A stretch of 63,602 bases of DNA, filler included, from Neolecta irregularis DAH-3 (lineage: Eukaryota), in assembly GCA_001929475.1 (NCBI GenBank). It is 6 parts of 6 records of this genome, joined end to end, with 100 filler letters (N's around TTAATTAATTAA, not from the genome) between each part and the next. Parts side by side here need not be neighbours in the genome. Positions count along the whole stretch, not along the records: positions 23,416 to 48,650 come from LXFE01002367.1; positions 48,751 to 51,830 come from LXFE01002379.1; 4 more parts are not named here. One strand, 5' to 3'. The notes beneath the pieces are model-generated. The model saw only the letters and a list, made by a program, of their open reading frames with translations, made no database searches and was not told the DNA's origin. Of this stretch, positions 37,501 through 51,617 are shown piece after piece. Each line of letters opens with the position of its first letter. The first letter of the stretch is position 1. The translations under genes and the position numbers were made by a program.

Positions 37501-40500
37501 GGCTTCCTTGCCAGTGACATCGCTGAGACTTCCGGAGAGTTGTTCGATCATTTGATGCGCAGCATGACGCATACGCTCTTCGCTTCCCTCCATCGCGAAA
37601 TCTTTAATCACAAGCTCGCGAGTCGTAATACTGGCAATGGTAACACTCTTTTCCACGATAGGCACGATCACCTCTCGAATTGTTCGATCAACTGCTTTTG
37701 AAATAACCGAGAGGATATCCGAATGTGGAATATAAGCCAACGCGCTTGAATCTAGAACAATTTGACTGACAATATCGAAGGTGGTCATATAATCCGGGGG
37801 GAGGTACACTTCTTGACTATGAATAGCGACATCAAGCCCATCCGGTAAATTCAAGCCGTAGATCCCAGGTCGAGCTTGGAGCAGCGTTGTAGGTATGATG
37901 TCATTTAATTCAAGTTCGAGAGCTTTACAGAGAAGTTCAATATCGAATTTTAGCATTAATTTGAGCTCCGCTTCTTGATAGAACTCGACCAAGGTTTTGA
38001 TCATGGCCATCGTCCAGGGATTCGGGGGCTTGAAGACCTTTGATTTAGTAACTTGTTCAAGTATTTTTGTAACGAAGGGAATGACGACGATGAGCCTGTC
38101 CGTCTCGAATCCTTCTAGTAGAAGATCTTTGATAGACAGGTTTCGGTGTTTAATTGGTTTATTACGCGCGAGGGTAAGTCCCCCAAGCCACGATCCTAAA
38201 TTCTTGAGCGCAAGCTTCTCTGTGGATTCTGTGAGAGTGGATGGACAGTTTAGGAGTCGGATTATGGTTGCATATGTTGCATCTAGGATAGCTGTATAGA
38301 GGTGTTTTTTATTCAAAGTCTCGAGAACTTGAAGATAAAGCGGGTGCTGATTTGGTTCGAGCCGGGCTCGGTCGACAAAGATATGGTCCGCCGCCCATCG
38401 CACATATTTATCATCCAACAGATTCTTAATTTCCTTAACTTTGGCATCAACGTTACTGACTGATGTGTTATTGATACAGAATATGACTTTGTCCTGGGCA
38501 GCTTCTGGAAGATCTTCTTGGGGTAATGGTAATGCATCACTTGCATCTCGAGCAATGGACTGAAAAGGCGGTTGCTGGGGGGTTTCCGGTTCTTGGGACT
38601 CTCCTCCTTGATGAAGGCTGGGAGGAGAAGCAACTCTTTGAAATGGAATACGATCGCCGGAAGGCTCAATCTTATCGATGATTTCGGGATAATTCTCCTG
38701 AAGGCTTTGAATGGCAAGGATGTTAGCCATATATTGGGGAAACTCGTGGACTCTATCAGCGAATTGGTGCAGAGCCTGTACTCCAAATTTATACATATTC
38801 GATTCAGGAGGTTGCTGAAGGGCTTTGTACACGCACCTGAGGGCGATGGCCTGAGGTATTTCAGGTAGAAGTCTAAAGTGGACAAGTGACCCAAACAAAA
38901 CGGCGGTAACTGCGAGTGCCGGGGTTGGATATTGATAGAAGAATCGGTATTCGTCAAACAAACCATGGAGCATATGAGCGAGGACATCATGGTCGGCAGG
39001 GTCATGTGATCTTTTATACCCCCTTAATTTCAGGATGATACGGTTTATGGCGGAGGTGTCATTAGTGTTGTTGTTATTGTACAATTCCTTGTAATCTTGG
39101 TCGACTTCAGCTTCGACATCGGGTGGGAGAAGGTTAGAATTGCTTGCGTTGACTGGACGAATGATCGAACCAGACTCGTCGAATTCGATATTGAACAATC
39201 GTGGATAAGTCTGGATACACAGGTTTTGGACCTCATCACAGTGTTCGTACAGGGGAAGAGGAATGTTCCTGAAAATGATCAGCTTTTGAGTGAAAAGAGA
39301 ATGCTCGCTTCTTGTTTAACGTCGGCCGCAATAGGATAGCAACGGTCTCAGTTTGCAATGCGATTGTCGTAGGCTCTTGATGAGGTCGTTCTCGCTGCTC
39401 CGTTTCTGCCATTGCCTTGACTCGAAGAAATTCAAGAACAGCTGTAACAAATTCCTCTTTATGAGGTCCCTTCATTTCGCCTCGGACATATTTCTCAAGA
39501 TTAAGATATTCTCTTCGAGATGCGAGGGAAGAAAGCTCTAACGAAAGCTCGTATGGTCGGATTTGAAGAATAGCCTCAAGAATGCGAAGCTCCTGAGCTA
39601 TGTCTAAAACTCGAGAAGCCTGCATACGGTCCTGCTCAAGGATGTTTCGAACCCGAGTGAAGAGAAAGTCCGGAGCAGTTTGGAAGAGTTTGTAGAAGAC
39701 CATGAGATTGATAGGTTGGCTGTGGAAGAAATGGAGGAAAAGTCTGCTGATGAGAGCCTCGTGGTGAGGAACCCAAGGTGCCTATATTGCTTAGTAGACA
39801 TACATGTGTGAAGAAAATCTAATACCGCAAGTTGAACGCCGCCCAATAAGACCAAGTCGGGTGCCGCATATGCAACGTCCGATAGAAAATCGTCTCCTTC
39901 TGGTAGTGTTTCGGGGTTTGTAAGCAAAAAGATACGCTCAACCAGATCAAGGGAATTGAAGGTGCCCGTTTCAAGGCTAGAAATCATCGCTTTAACCGGC
40001 GCCGGCGCATCAGAAGACTCTTCCATGGAGACGATTCGGCGGCCTGGATACTTGGACAAATCAAAGATTTCGGGAGGTAGCTTGGTAAATGCTCGAAGAA
40101 TAGATAGCTGGGCGCGTTGATGAGTCCATTGACCCCAGAACTCCAAAATAGGGAAAGCATCCTTATGTCGGAGAGCGGACCTCATAATCTCAAGGATTAT
40201 GGCAAGGCCTTGAGGTTCATAAATAATGAAATCCGATCGATCAAACCCGAGGACTACCGACGCCCAATTCAGATTTGGAAGCTTTCGAAGTAAGACAAAA
40301 CAAAGCGAAAGATGGACATACCAAACGAGCAATTTCAACCCCAATTTGTTCGGGATTGAATGCCATATTTCCCTGTTCCGCTTCTTTCACAAGTAGTATG
40401 AGTATAGCAACAATGGTCTTTTCGCTTGGACGGACATCGTCATCGATGCTATTAGAGAAAAGTCCATAGATTTTGGGCGATATTTCTGAAGTACCACTAC

Positions 40501-41404
40501 CAAGGCTTTTGAATAAAAGTTCGAGGAATTTCATCAAAGAAATCGAAAAACTAATATGGTCAATTGGTTTCAAATGCTGTTACTACCTTGCAGACTGTTG
40601 AACAATCTCAGGCATATTTCCATCTTCATATCGCTTAGGTATGGCATCGAGGACAAGAGTTTGCAGAGATTCCGGGAAGGACGAAGAGGAAAGAGAGCTG
40701 AGCTGTTGTACAAATAAAGCAAGTTCTTCAGCTGGAAGATCCACAAGTTCCGCAGGGGTTGAAAATGTCGAAATCAACCCATCTGCATGTGCTTTGAACA
40801 CTTCTGTAGCTAGACATGTCAGTGCGCCATCGGGGAGAAGGGAGTAACCTTTTTCGACAAGATCTTGTTGCGTCGAACGTAAGACACTCAAGGCTAATGT
40901 GCAAGTTTCGAAGGGAGACAAGTCCACGGCAGAAAACAGTCGATGCAAGTCGAAATTTTTGAAGACCTCACCTTCGTGCCCCAGTTGGATAGCATCACGA
41001 AAACACGCTGAAATACTTGGTTTACGAGCAACTAAGCGTAGTTCTTCAATGAGCTAGGAGATTAGATTCTAATGTGTCAACGAATAAAGTCCATACAAGC
41101 CTGAATCCAAGTTGAGAAAGTTCCACATCTTTGGGGATGATATTAAACAATTCCTTTGAGTTTCCATAGATCAACCGTCGGAGAAAGTAAGCATGGATCG
41201 TTGTTTGAGATTCCGTCAACTATAGATGTCATTGCTCTCCAGATATCAGGATAATACAGTATGGATTTGGTCGACTACCGCAGAATATTTCTGCTCTGAT
41301 AGAGTAGATAACAGGAAGTTAATCTGAGCTTTGGTTATAGTGATGTATCGGTTGGATGATGAGTTTGGAGACACCGGGCCAGGATCTGGGGGTTGAGCAG
41401 ACAT
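34547..41404 (-). CDS. NOT1: CCR4-NOT scaffold subunit Not1/Cdc39, multi-exon
   Basis: [73 protein letters not shown]. Confidence 0.96.
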
Positions 41405-41824
41405 GGCCGCAAATGAAGTCCGGCTAGGAGCCGAGTTTGAAAGGACTGCCCGTATTGGAAGGGCGTACGTTCAAGACTGGATGGTGTGGCCAGCGAGCGG
41501 AAGTAGAGCGACCGCAGTAATGGCGCTTCTCTCCACCGGCGCTTGCGATTGCAGCTACCCGCATCATATTTACAGAGCACGTTTAGCATTGTCCTGCCCT
41601 GTTTTTCTCGTATATTCTGGTGCATACAGTACATCTTCAGTGTAGAAATCAGAGGCTTACAGAACAGGCAAAACGCTGTGGACAACTGCCTATTTGGGCT
41701 AAGCGTATTATAATTTGTGTTTACCTCTCCACCTAGTCCGTTGTCTATCAGCACTTTCACCAATCCTGCTCATCCAGCTTATATCCGCAATTGAACCCCC
41801 CTCCTTGCAACATAGCTCCTTGTC

Positions 41825-44800
41825 ATGTGCGCGGATTTACCCCATGTCCCGAAATCTTTTGCGAATAACTTTTGGGTACTAAGCCCCTTTAACCTGACTT
41901 GCTGATCAGCGGTAGGGGAGAGATGATAGAGGCGTGGAAGTGCTTGCAGAACGCATGAGCGAAGCCAAGCTCACATGTGAGGAGTTGAGATATTTTTACA
42001 AGGAGAGGTTAGTTTAACTTCTCGGAAGATAGCATTTTCTGATAGGCCTCAAGAGCGGCTGCCGAGGAGGAGCATGCAAAGCGATTGCTCAAAATCTCGA
42101 AATTGCCTCTTGGAAGTCACGAAATTGGTACACTGAAAGCCAGTCTAGATAGCGTTAGAACGGAAACAGAAGCCATGGCTTCATCTCACTTGCACATTGC
42201 TGGGCAGTTTAAGGTTGAATTGGAAGAGCCATTAAATCAGTTCTCTGGCGGATTAAGAGAAAGACGTAAACTCGTATGTGCTGGACAGAAAAGATGAACT
42301 AAACAAGTGTAGTTACAATTGCCGATTGAAAAACTTCATAAATTGAAGCTCTCTCAATGTACAAACCTTGAAAAGGCCAAAGAGCGCTATGACGGCGATT
42401 GTATCAAGGTCAATGGATATATTGCACAACAAAATATGCTTATGGGGAGGGAACTGGAGAAAGTAGGCCGGCCTCCATTTCCTGGTGCTGACAGGGTAGA
42501 ATAATCAAAAGTTAGAACGGATGCAGGCTGCGGTTCAGGTCAGCCGTGCGAATTCCCTAAATGTACTATCCTGAAATTTAGATAAAGAATACTCGATAGT
42601 GATCAAAGCTTTGAATGAGACCACTGATCGATGGAATCGGGAATGGAAACAAGTCTGTGATGTATGTCATTCCATAGTAAGATTCGTACTAGCACCTTTA
42701 GAAATTTCAAGACCTCGAAGAGGAACGTATTGACTTCCTCAAATCCAATCTTTGGTCTTTTGCAAATATCTCGTCTACCGTTTGCGTTAACGATGATGAG
42801 GTAATAAGTTTGATCTTTTCCGTGTTGTTAAAAGTCAAGTCTTGTGAGAAGATTCGGAAAACTCTCGAGCAATGCGAAGTCGAGAAGGACATTCACATTT
42901 TCATTGATGAAAAGGCAACCGGTCAAGAGATTCCAGATGCGCCGAAGTACCGTAATTTCCACAAAGCACAGACTGGAGTTGAAGAAGACGACACCCCGTA
43001 TACCGTCGCCCAGTTCCAACGAGATCCCAACCCTCAGTTTCGATCGAATACTCCACATACGAACGGCAATTCTTTAAGCAGGCGAGGAGATGAGGACGAT
43101 GAGGATTTTTACACTAGGCAGTACGCTGACTCTCACACTCCTGCTCGAAAGAAGAGTTACACGGATGAAGAAACTGCCGAAATGTTTGTTCCAATGCGCG
43201 ATTCAAAATACGACTCCACGAATGGAGGATACGAACGAGGAAATACTCCACAACGAGTTAGTACACCTGGGTACCCAATTTCCTCCCAAAATCGAGCAAC
43301 GACTCCAGGTGGAAGTTATTCCAATGGAAACCATCGACCTACTACACCAGGCCCTGCGTTTTCAGATTCACATGGACAACAGCATGGCACTGGCCGAGGA
43401 GTCGCTAACCGATACTCTATGCAGAGGAGTCCGACTAAGGAAATTGAAGCTCTATCTCGACGTGATTCGCGGCAAGAAAACCCAATGAAATCTGTTGTTA
43501 ACGATTATCCTCTTGATGGTATTACACAATATTGTCGAACAACGAGTCCGGTCATGTCTTCATCCAGTGATCGTCGGGCTTCACCAGAAGCTCTGAGCCC
43601 TTATTCGCACACATCAATCTCGGACAATAACGCGAAAGTTGGTCATAGTTCTCCGCAGAAATCTTTGAGCATCGACACTAGACAAAAGCCCATAGAGAGG
43701 AAGGAAGGCAAATTTGCAAAGATTTTCGGTCGAAACAAAAACTCTTCGGAAACAAACCTGTCGTCGCCAAAGACCGAAGCTTCTCGTGGGAGTATTCGCA
43801 ATACTCCTTCGCCAATTAAAAACCACTTTATCACGTCGCCAGAAGCTCTAGAGAATGACCAGATGATGGATCCTCGTACACAAGAAATGTTACAAATTGG
43901 GAATAATGTACTTGGTGTTCAATCTCAGCAACGAAGGCAGCTCTCCCCAGATGAAGAACCAGAAGAAGAGCGGGTTGATCTTATTGCAGCTGCGTTGGCG
44001 GAGTTACAGAATGGGGCTAGGAGACCTTTGAATGCCACCTACAACCGAAGTTCAGATTTCCATAGTCGAAGTCCAGATCGGAGTCCGTCGGAACGCACTT
44101 TCCCCCCAATCGAAAGAGAAGGGAGTTATGCGAAATTTTCAAGGAAACCGGCACCACGATCACAAGATCCACCTGCACCTGAGGCAGCACCAATGTCGTC
44201 GTCTTACGATCAAAGGACTACAAATAATGTCAAACGACATACTCTTGGTGCTCCACCCCAGGCATTTACATCGGCAGAGATGAAACAGACCAGTGCGAAG
44301 TATGTTCAGCAGACTCAGGAAGCATTTGGAATGAAATCTCAACCCCGTAATCAAGCGTCTCGAGTTGATTTCCGAAGTACGACTCCTGCAGTAGTATCAC
44401 AATCATCGCGAGGAGATATGAGAAGTACCAGTCCTCGACCTGGTCAATTACAACAAAGACGGACTGGTCCACCTGATTCTTATGTTCCCCAGGAAGACTT
44501 TCCCGCCTACTCCTCTCAACAAGGACTCGATGATATTCGTCGCTCAGCTTCTCCAAATTCAATGCAAAATAGGCCGAGATCCCACACCAGTCCAATTGCA
44601 CGAGCGCCAAGTCCTCGACCTCAACTCCAGGATCCAGCATATTACGGCAGTAGACCGCCCTCAGCTCATCCTGACATGTATCGATCTGTTTCGCCGAATC
44701 CATATCAACGACATGCTTCTCCTTCACCAAGTATGCATCCTCATTCTATCAGCCCCGGCCCACAGCCAAGAGGAAGGGAAGGAGTTCTACCACCTGGATC

Positions 44801-45330
44801 TCGATCCCCTAACCGATTTGGCATAGCATTTGACGCAAATGGTAATCTGATTGACGAACATGCAATTCGACAAAATAGACGAAGCATATCACCATATCCT
44901 CAACAACATTTCGCGTCATATCCTTCGCAGAACGAATGGGGACCACAGGATGATCGCCAAGGTTACAGATCGACTTCCGGTCGACTACCACAAAACCATC
45001 AAAGAAGTCGAAGTGTTGGACCTGCCCGAGGGGTCCAGTATACTGATGATGGCAGACCGATTTTATTTTATGGTTATAGCTATAATTGTCAGAGATCACT
45101 GATCCGTTTTAGTTAAGGCGCTCTATGATTATCAAGCTGCTATTGACGAGGAAATCGGATTTTGTAAAGATGATGTTCTTATAGTCTTAAGGACTCAGGA
45201 TGATGGGTGGTGGGAAGGAGAAGTTATGGGACAAAGAAGGGCAAGGAGGGGCCTGTTCCCTTCAAATTTCACGGTACTTTCCCCTGTTTCTTTAGCAGAA
45301 TAATTGAAATTCCAGACTCCGATGCGGTAA
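41825..45330 (+). CDS. F-BAR + SH3 cytokinesis protein (Cdc15/Imp2/Hof1 family), multi-exon
   Basis: SFANNFWG, EIGTLK.SL, CIKVNGY.AQ, EEERI.FLKS.LW.FAN, TGQEIPD; SH3 ALYDYQA..DDGWW..GLFPSNF; exact end (45303 or 45330) uncertain. Confidence 0.92.
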
Positions 45331-46009
45331 TTATTCTTGCGGAAGGTCTGTATAGTTCGTTCTTTCGTCATATTTGGTCGAATTTTGGGTGGGAAGCAAT
45401 GCAGGGACATTGTTGACTGGATTTCTTCACATCAAGACAAAGTGTTAATTTCGAAAAGGTAGCACTCAATTTGAGCTTATCCTTGTTGTGTATAATATAT
45501 AAATAGACGGTAATATTTAGGGCAATTATGGTCCTCGAAGGGTTACACAATAAAGTACAATTCAAACCCTCCTTTGCCGCAAACCTTATTCAAGTACTGT
45601 AATGAGTGTATAACACGATTATCTGAATGCAAACTCAAGACACTGGACAAAGTTGCTTTCCTGCAAGTGAATTTCGAGAAATTCTGTGTTTTCGTTTCAG
45701 GCGCTTAATTTTGGGTTGGCGTATAGCGTCATAGCCTTCGAATAAAACTGAATCCGAAATTGTTCTCCATTTTTCGTCCTTCCGGGGATTCGGTGAAGAA
45801 CATTTCAGGCTAAAAGGGAGAGCAACAAGGTTCTACTATTGAGCGGTAATCCTAAATATTCGACATACGGCAGTTGACGGCAAAAAATTCTGATATATCT
45901 CTCTCCGAAAAGTCAATGTAGAGAGTAGGTATTTCACGAATTCTTGGCAATTCCAGATGGCATGTTGTTCTCCAAAGATTCGAATCAGCGCCAGTCCTAT
46001 TCATCAACA

Positions 46010-46489
46010 TTATAAGACACTCGACGAGTCGATCTTTTTACCAAAATCTCGTATCTCATCGACCCGTAGATCTGTATGCCCTACCAACGTTGGTCCACGA
46101 CAGACATATTGAGTCATTCGATCAAGCCAGTCATAATATACAATATTCAATCCATTGACAGACTCTGTATCTTCGTTGATGTTCATAATAAAACACATAA
46201 AATACCCGCTTTGTCCGCCTAGTCGAAGACCCCACAGCCCGCTTTTCCCAGAGAACAGAGCGATTTCAGGACTATATTTCGCAGGCAGTTCGTCATAATC
46301 TGGGAGAAGTCTGATAACTTCGATTGACTGAGGAATGATGTATTCTTTTTGGGCTCTACATATTGACAGTTGACGTTTAAATATTTCGGATCCTTCGGAC
46401 TTGATCTTCTCTAGACGTTCTCCATCGAGTCTATAATGATCCACAAGACGATCTATCGAATTCATTGAATGCAGAGTTTTGCGACACAA
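46010..46489 (-). CDS. Hypothetical protein (boundaries uncertain)
   Basis: 159-codon open frame with protein-like composition; no motif recognised. Confidence 0.4.
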   Translation of the reverse strand: MCRKTLHSMNSIDRLVDHYRLDGERLEKIKSEGSEIFKRQLSICRAQKEYIIPQSIEVIRLLPDYDELPAKYSPEIALFSGKSGLWGLRLGGQSGYFMCFIMNINEDTESVNGLNIVYYDWLDRMTQYVCRGPTLVGHTDLRVDEIRDFGKKIDSSSVL

Positions 46490-46812
46490 CGTTGAATTCT
46501 GGGGTTTGCGGTCATTTTATTTATGTCAGATCCTTGTCAATTAAGCAGGCTTGTCGGTATTCTATTTTGATAATGCTACTGAATATTAGTTAGAGGAACT
46601 GCTTTACTCCCTGTTCAAGAATTATGTTAAAAAACCAGCAAGGTAGATATTCTTGTCCGAAAGATTTGACACGGATACATGTATTTCTCTAAGCTATAAA
46701 GTTATATAAGACTAGAGAGAGACAATTAATCAATCGTATGTGAGAAAAATAGGGGATAATCTAAGACCTGCACGAATAGCAATGATCCAGAGCAGTTCCA
46801 CAATACTCTCAG

Positions 46813-48204
46813 TCAATCTCGGTCGTCTCTGCTGCGTCGCGTTCGAGATCTGGATCGGTCATCGCTTCCTCTGCGCCTACTATCCCGCTCAGGCGCTCTT
46901 CGGTAGTCGTCATGGTCTCTTCTGGAGGACTGTCGATCATCTCGTCGATCGTCTCGTCGGTCATCCCTTCGATCATCTCGTCTAAAATAACCAATATCTT
47001 CTGCTGGTCGATAGCAATCGCTTCTGCTATAGGAGGGATTATCGCGGCCGAAGCCTCCTCCGTAGCCTCCTCGTCGCGGTGGCGATCGTTCCCGGCTATA
47101 CCCAGGTCGAGATCCATATCGTTCTTCTTTACTGAGTCGCGAAGTGAAAGCTGGTTCATCATGTGGATTCTGTGATTAGTTTCGATGATGTACAAAATAA
47201 GATACCGGGTCTTCTGTGATTGTGATGACCTGGCCTTTGCACTCTTTGCCGTTCAATGTCTCAATCGCTTTGAGCATGTCTTCTCTCTGAGCATACTCAA
47301 TAACACTTGGGAGTCAGCTACGGCTGAGGAAACAACAAACCCTCGTCCGTCTCTCTCTCGTGGAACGTCAGCAAAACAAACTTGACCCGCTTCACGCATG
47401 AAATCCTTCAGATCCTAACGTTTTGTCAGCATCAACATAGGGGAGAATCTCGGAGAAAAGAACGATCGGCGAAGCGCATCAACGATCATGACAAGGAACG
47501 CAACATCGACGTAAACGAGCCAAGGTCCTTGGGCAATCGTTGCCCCATCACGGTAGGAGGGGCTCATCCGTAGAACACTACATGAAGGTGAATACAATAT
47601 TAGAGGCATCGACGAAGCGGTGACAGCGCCGAACGTGCAGAAATGAAGGGTGAAAAGCTAACCTGCCAGCTCGTTTCCGTCGATAATCCATCGATCAATA
47701 CTCGATTGCCACTTCGTGTAGGTCTATTGGACCTAATTGGCTCTCGGGTTGGAGGTCCACGGCGGTAAGGATCATGGTCATCATCGCGATATCTTCGACT
47801 GACTTGAGCAAATTCTACATTGATTCTCAAATTCAGTGACTTCGGGCGCAAAACAAGTCATACCGCTCTCCAAAAAATTTCTTTCCATCTGCAAATGATT
47901 AGCACAACCTTCTAAGGGGTTCCAGATAGAAAACAACTTACGAACATCTTACTATCAGCATTAAAGAACAGCCGCAGAGCATACCCTTGATCGCATTCTC
48001 GGCATCGCGAGATGAGGCAAATTCGACAAAAGCAAATCCGGACTTAAGTTGGACGTCCTTCAGTTCGCCATAATCTTCAAAGAGCTTTTCCAAGTCTCGT
48101 CTCTCGGCTAAAGGTCGTCAAAAACAAGGCTGTAGACAAGTGAGAATACTTTCACGAGGCAACTGAGGACCGACATAAACCCTGATATCCGATACAGACG
48201 TCAT
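46813..48204 (-). CDS. SR splicing factor with RRM, pseudo-RRM and RS/RD domain (Srp2/SRSF4-6-like)
   Basis: RVYVG, GFAFVEF, SWQ|DLKDFMREAG.VCFADV, RS/RD-rich tail; many short introns plus a 248-nt intron 47415-47662. Confidence 0.92.
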
Positions 48205-48526
48205 GGCGTAGATGGTGTATTTGGTCGACCGCAGACTCAAAAGGGGATGAACCTCGCTGAAACATCTAGCAACATATTTGTTACATAATATGACAAACAT
48301 TGGATACATTATTTCTGTGTATGAAACAGTCAAAAAGATATAAAACCATTTACAATAAATAATTTCTGTACCATGGACTTCAAGTCAAAAAAGAAATTTC
48401 AATACTATCACGTTTTGACGCTTCATCTAAAAGAGATTTGGCGCCAAAGGTACTCTAACTTCTATAGCTTTCCGGGAGGCAGAAATCGATTCTGGCTCTC
48501 TCCGGGAGTTGATGANNNNNNNNNNA

Positions 48527-48650
48527 CATTTACCAAGATATGTCCAGTGATAAAAGAAGCTGCTGGTGAGAATAAAAACACTGCCAAGTCTAAGAACCGC
48601 ACATTCTAAATGAAGCAAACCCGTAGCATCCGCAATATCCTTGACCGCTC
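48527..48650. repeat. Near-identical copy of about 30848-30971 (SPS19 3' part)
   Basis: Same sequence except ACTGCC vs ACTGTC; bounded by Ns. Confidence 0.9.
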
Positions 48651-49229
48651 NNNNNNNNNNNNNNNNNNNNNNNNNNNNNNNNNNNNNNNNNNNNTTAATT
48701 AATTAANNNNNNNNNNNNNNNNNNNNNNNNNNNNNNNNNNNNNNNNNNNNCAAGAGTCGCGACAAGAGTGGAGGAACTGCATTGGTATGATGGACTGTCT
48801 CGAGTATGGCGATGCCGAGGTACCCAGAATTCATCCTGAATACGAATTTCGCCAAAGTATCCGCTTGTGGAAACTGTTTGGCATGAAATGTGACTTGGTT
48901 TGCACCTTTAGGCTAGACCTGGATAAAAATTTGATATGTTGGACAAAGTTTCACGGGTAGGTGTTGTATATTATTTACAATAGCCATTCCTTAGTGCATT
49001 TGATCGCGGTAAGGGCCAGCGAATGATTGGTCCACATTTGTCGCAAGTTTTGATCGACGATCGCCAGGGAGAATAGCGCACCTCCAAACCTTGCCAATCC
49101 GAATTCCGGCAATATTAAAAGGCCAAAGAACCTCGGCAAGCTCCGATGACTGATTCTCAGACAGTTTGCATCTTTATTTCCTCGACACTTTTCATACCTC
49201 TCTTATATTATTGGTTTTATTCGCGCCCG

Positions 49230-50424
49230 ATGTCTGTTCCTCAAGAAAGATATAAGAATATTGTGGTCGTTGGCGGATCCAGTGGAGGTCTGTCTATTTG
49301 TGGCAAGTAATTGATCTCTGCAGGGGCTAATGTCGTTAAACATCTCAGAAAAAGTCTTCCAGCAGAGTATCGTATTATACTCATTGACAAGTCGCCCAAG
49401 GCATACTGGCCTATTGCGTCGTTGAGAGCCGCTGTTCAGGAAGGATGGCAGGAAAAGCTGTATACACCTTTTACGCAAATCTTCGCCAAAGGAGAACCGC
49501 ACATTGTTATTGCGGATACTACTGTTATGGATTTGGAACATGACTGGGTTACTATTGATCCTCCGCATCAAGAACTGGGTTCAGTAATCGAATTCGAGTA
49601 TGCAGTCGTAGCTACGGGAGCAATATATTCTACCCCGTGCCGTCCGCAAAAGTCTGTTGAAGAGACATTCGAGGTGCTCGAGAAATATCGAGATGGCGTC
49701 AAGGAAGCGGACAAGATTGTTATTGTTGGTGGTGGACCTGTGGGGATAGAGTTTGCTGGTATATTGATTTTGGAAGAGGAATAATGGATTAGGGGAGATC
49801 TTGCACCAGTACCCGGACAAAGCTGTGACTCTACTGCATTCTGGGGGCCAACTTGTGTCCAACTCTGCACCGCAAGCTTTCCACAAGAAGCTATTTCGGC
49901 AACTCGAGGCTGCTGGCGTCGAGGTAATTCTTAGAGTCAAGGCTGACGTACAAGGCCTCGAGTCCGGTCTTCAAGAGCTGCACCTTCATCTTAATAATGG
50001 GGAGACGATTAGTGGGGATTTTCTGTTTCTTGCAACAGGGAATAAGCAAGACTCTTCTCTTTTCAGCAAACTGGACGAGTCACTGGTGGAAGGAAATGGT
50101 GCTGTCAAGGTGACCTCGACGCTTCAACTGCCAGGGTATGACAATATATTTGCGGTGGGGGACGTTACGAATACCCAAGAAGCGAAAACCAGTGTCACAG
50201 CTTCTGCGCAAGCAGCAGTAGCTGCGAAGAATGTGGTTGCAAAGATAAAGGGAAGGGGTCTAGCAGATTACAAGGTGCAAACGAGTTTGCTGATGCTTGT
50301 CACATTTGGACCCAAGGGGGGAGCTGCGACTACTCCTGTTGGTGTGCTGGGACCATTGATTTGCAGTATATTGAAGAGTCGGAGTTTATTTATTGGCATG
50401 TTTGAGCGACTATACAAGGCGTGA
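49230..50424 (+). CDS. AIF/AMID (FSP1-like) FAD-dependent NAD(P)H oxidoreductase, 3 exons
   Basis: IVVVGGSSG|AG, VVATG, IVIVGGGPVGIEFAGEI, TLQLPG..NIFAVGD. Confidence 0.9.
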
Positions 50425-50450
50425 AATGGGTATGAAGCCGTAAAGCAGGG

Positions 50451-51508
50451 TTAACGAATAAAGCCAAACATCCTTGCGGAGTTGTTGAATGCTGCTTGTG
50501 ATAATTGATCGAGGGAGATGTTTTTTATTGCTGCGACTATATGTGCGATATGGCTTGTAGTCAGGATAGTGAATTGAAAGGGGGGATGCCATATTGCACA
50601 TGGCTCGTTCCTGGACCTGACCATGTAGTCTGTTGCGAACCTTTTTTTGTCTACTGCTTTTGGAAGCAGTGGTGCGTCTTTGAGGTATTTCCAGGAAGCG
50701 TGAGATTTCCGTACTTGGCACCAAGGGGAGTCTAGGGTGAATGGTAATTTTTCAACGAGATACCTGTTTCAAGCATGATTCGGTCCAGGGGGATCTGTTT
50801 GACCATGTCTATGTTTTCGACTGTCTTTAGGGAGCAAGCATTTACGCTGACGCAAAGTTTTGGATGGGATAGTATGCGATTGAGTTCTTGTGCCGTTCCA
50901 GTGAAAGAGTGGACGACGCCGCCTTTTAGGCGATGGAGTCTAGCAAAGAGAAGAGCTTCAAAGTCGTCCGCGGCGGCACGCGAGTGGAGGAAAAGAGGCA
51001 GGTCGAGTCTCTCTGCGGCGTCTAGCTGCATTTCAAAGTATCTGTGGATTAGACAGGATGGGGGGGGGCGGGAACTTTTTCTGTGTTTCTTTGTCGCACC
51101 AGTTCAAGCGGTCGTAGTCGAGGCCGAGTTCTCCCCAGGCACAGACGAGGCCTTGTTGTTTGCCTTGTGTTGCGAGGATTTCGAGTTGTTTGAGATATTG
51201 AAGCGGGCCGTGAGGGTAGTTGTCAAACTGGGAGCAACGAGTCGGATGGCAGCCGACGGTGGCCATGGCTGTTTGAGCTGGGAGATCAAGAGGGGAGCAA
51301 AGCGGGGCGCACGGTATTTTGCAGCCAAGAGCATTGCATTGCGGGAGTCTTGGAGGTCTCCGCCGGTCAGCATGAAATGTTTTACGCCGAATGTCTGAGC
51401 TCTTGAAATGACAGAATCGAGATCGGCAGGATGGTATTGTTTCCCCGAGTCTCTAGATTGACCGTTGAAGGCGGGATCCGTGGCATTGAATCCGATGTCG
51501 ATGAACAT
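50451..51508 (-). CDS. TatD-family DNase, multi-exon
   Basis: FIDIGFNATD, TVGCHP, GELGLDYDR, LPLFLHSR, GVVHSFTG, MLETD.PW, RNEP. Confidence 0.93.
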
Positions 51509-51617
51509 TAACGTTCAGATAACATAACGGTTCAGACTGAGAATCAATAATCAATAACCAATCAATAATTAATAATCATCAATAATCAACAACCAATAAT
51601 CAAATCTAGGATGTGTA

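Noticed and set aside
48527-48650. Apparent SPS19 partial duplication; likewise the PEP4 5' copy at 59902-60009
   Set aside because: Short N-bounded fragments nearly identical to the originals; scaffolding or allelic artefacts.
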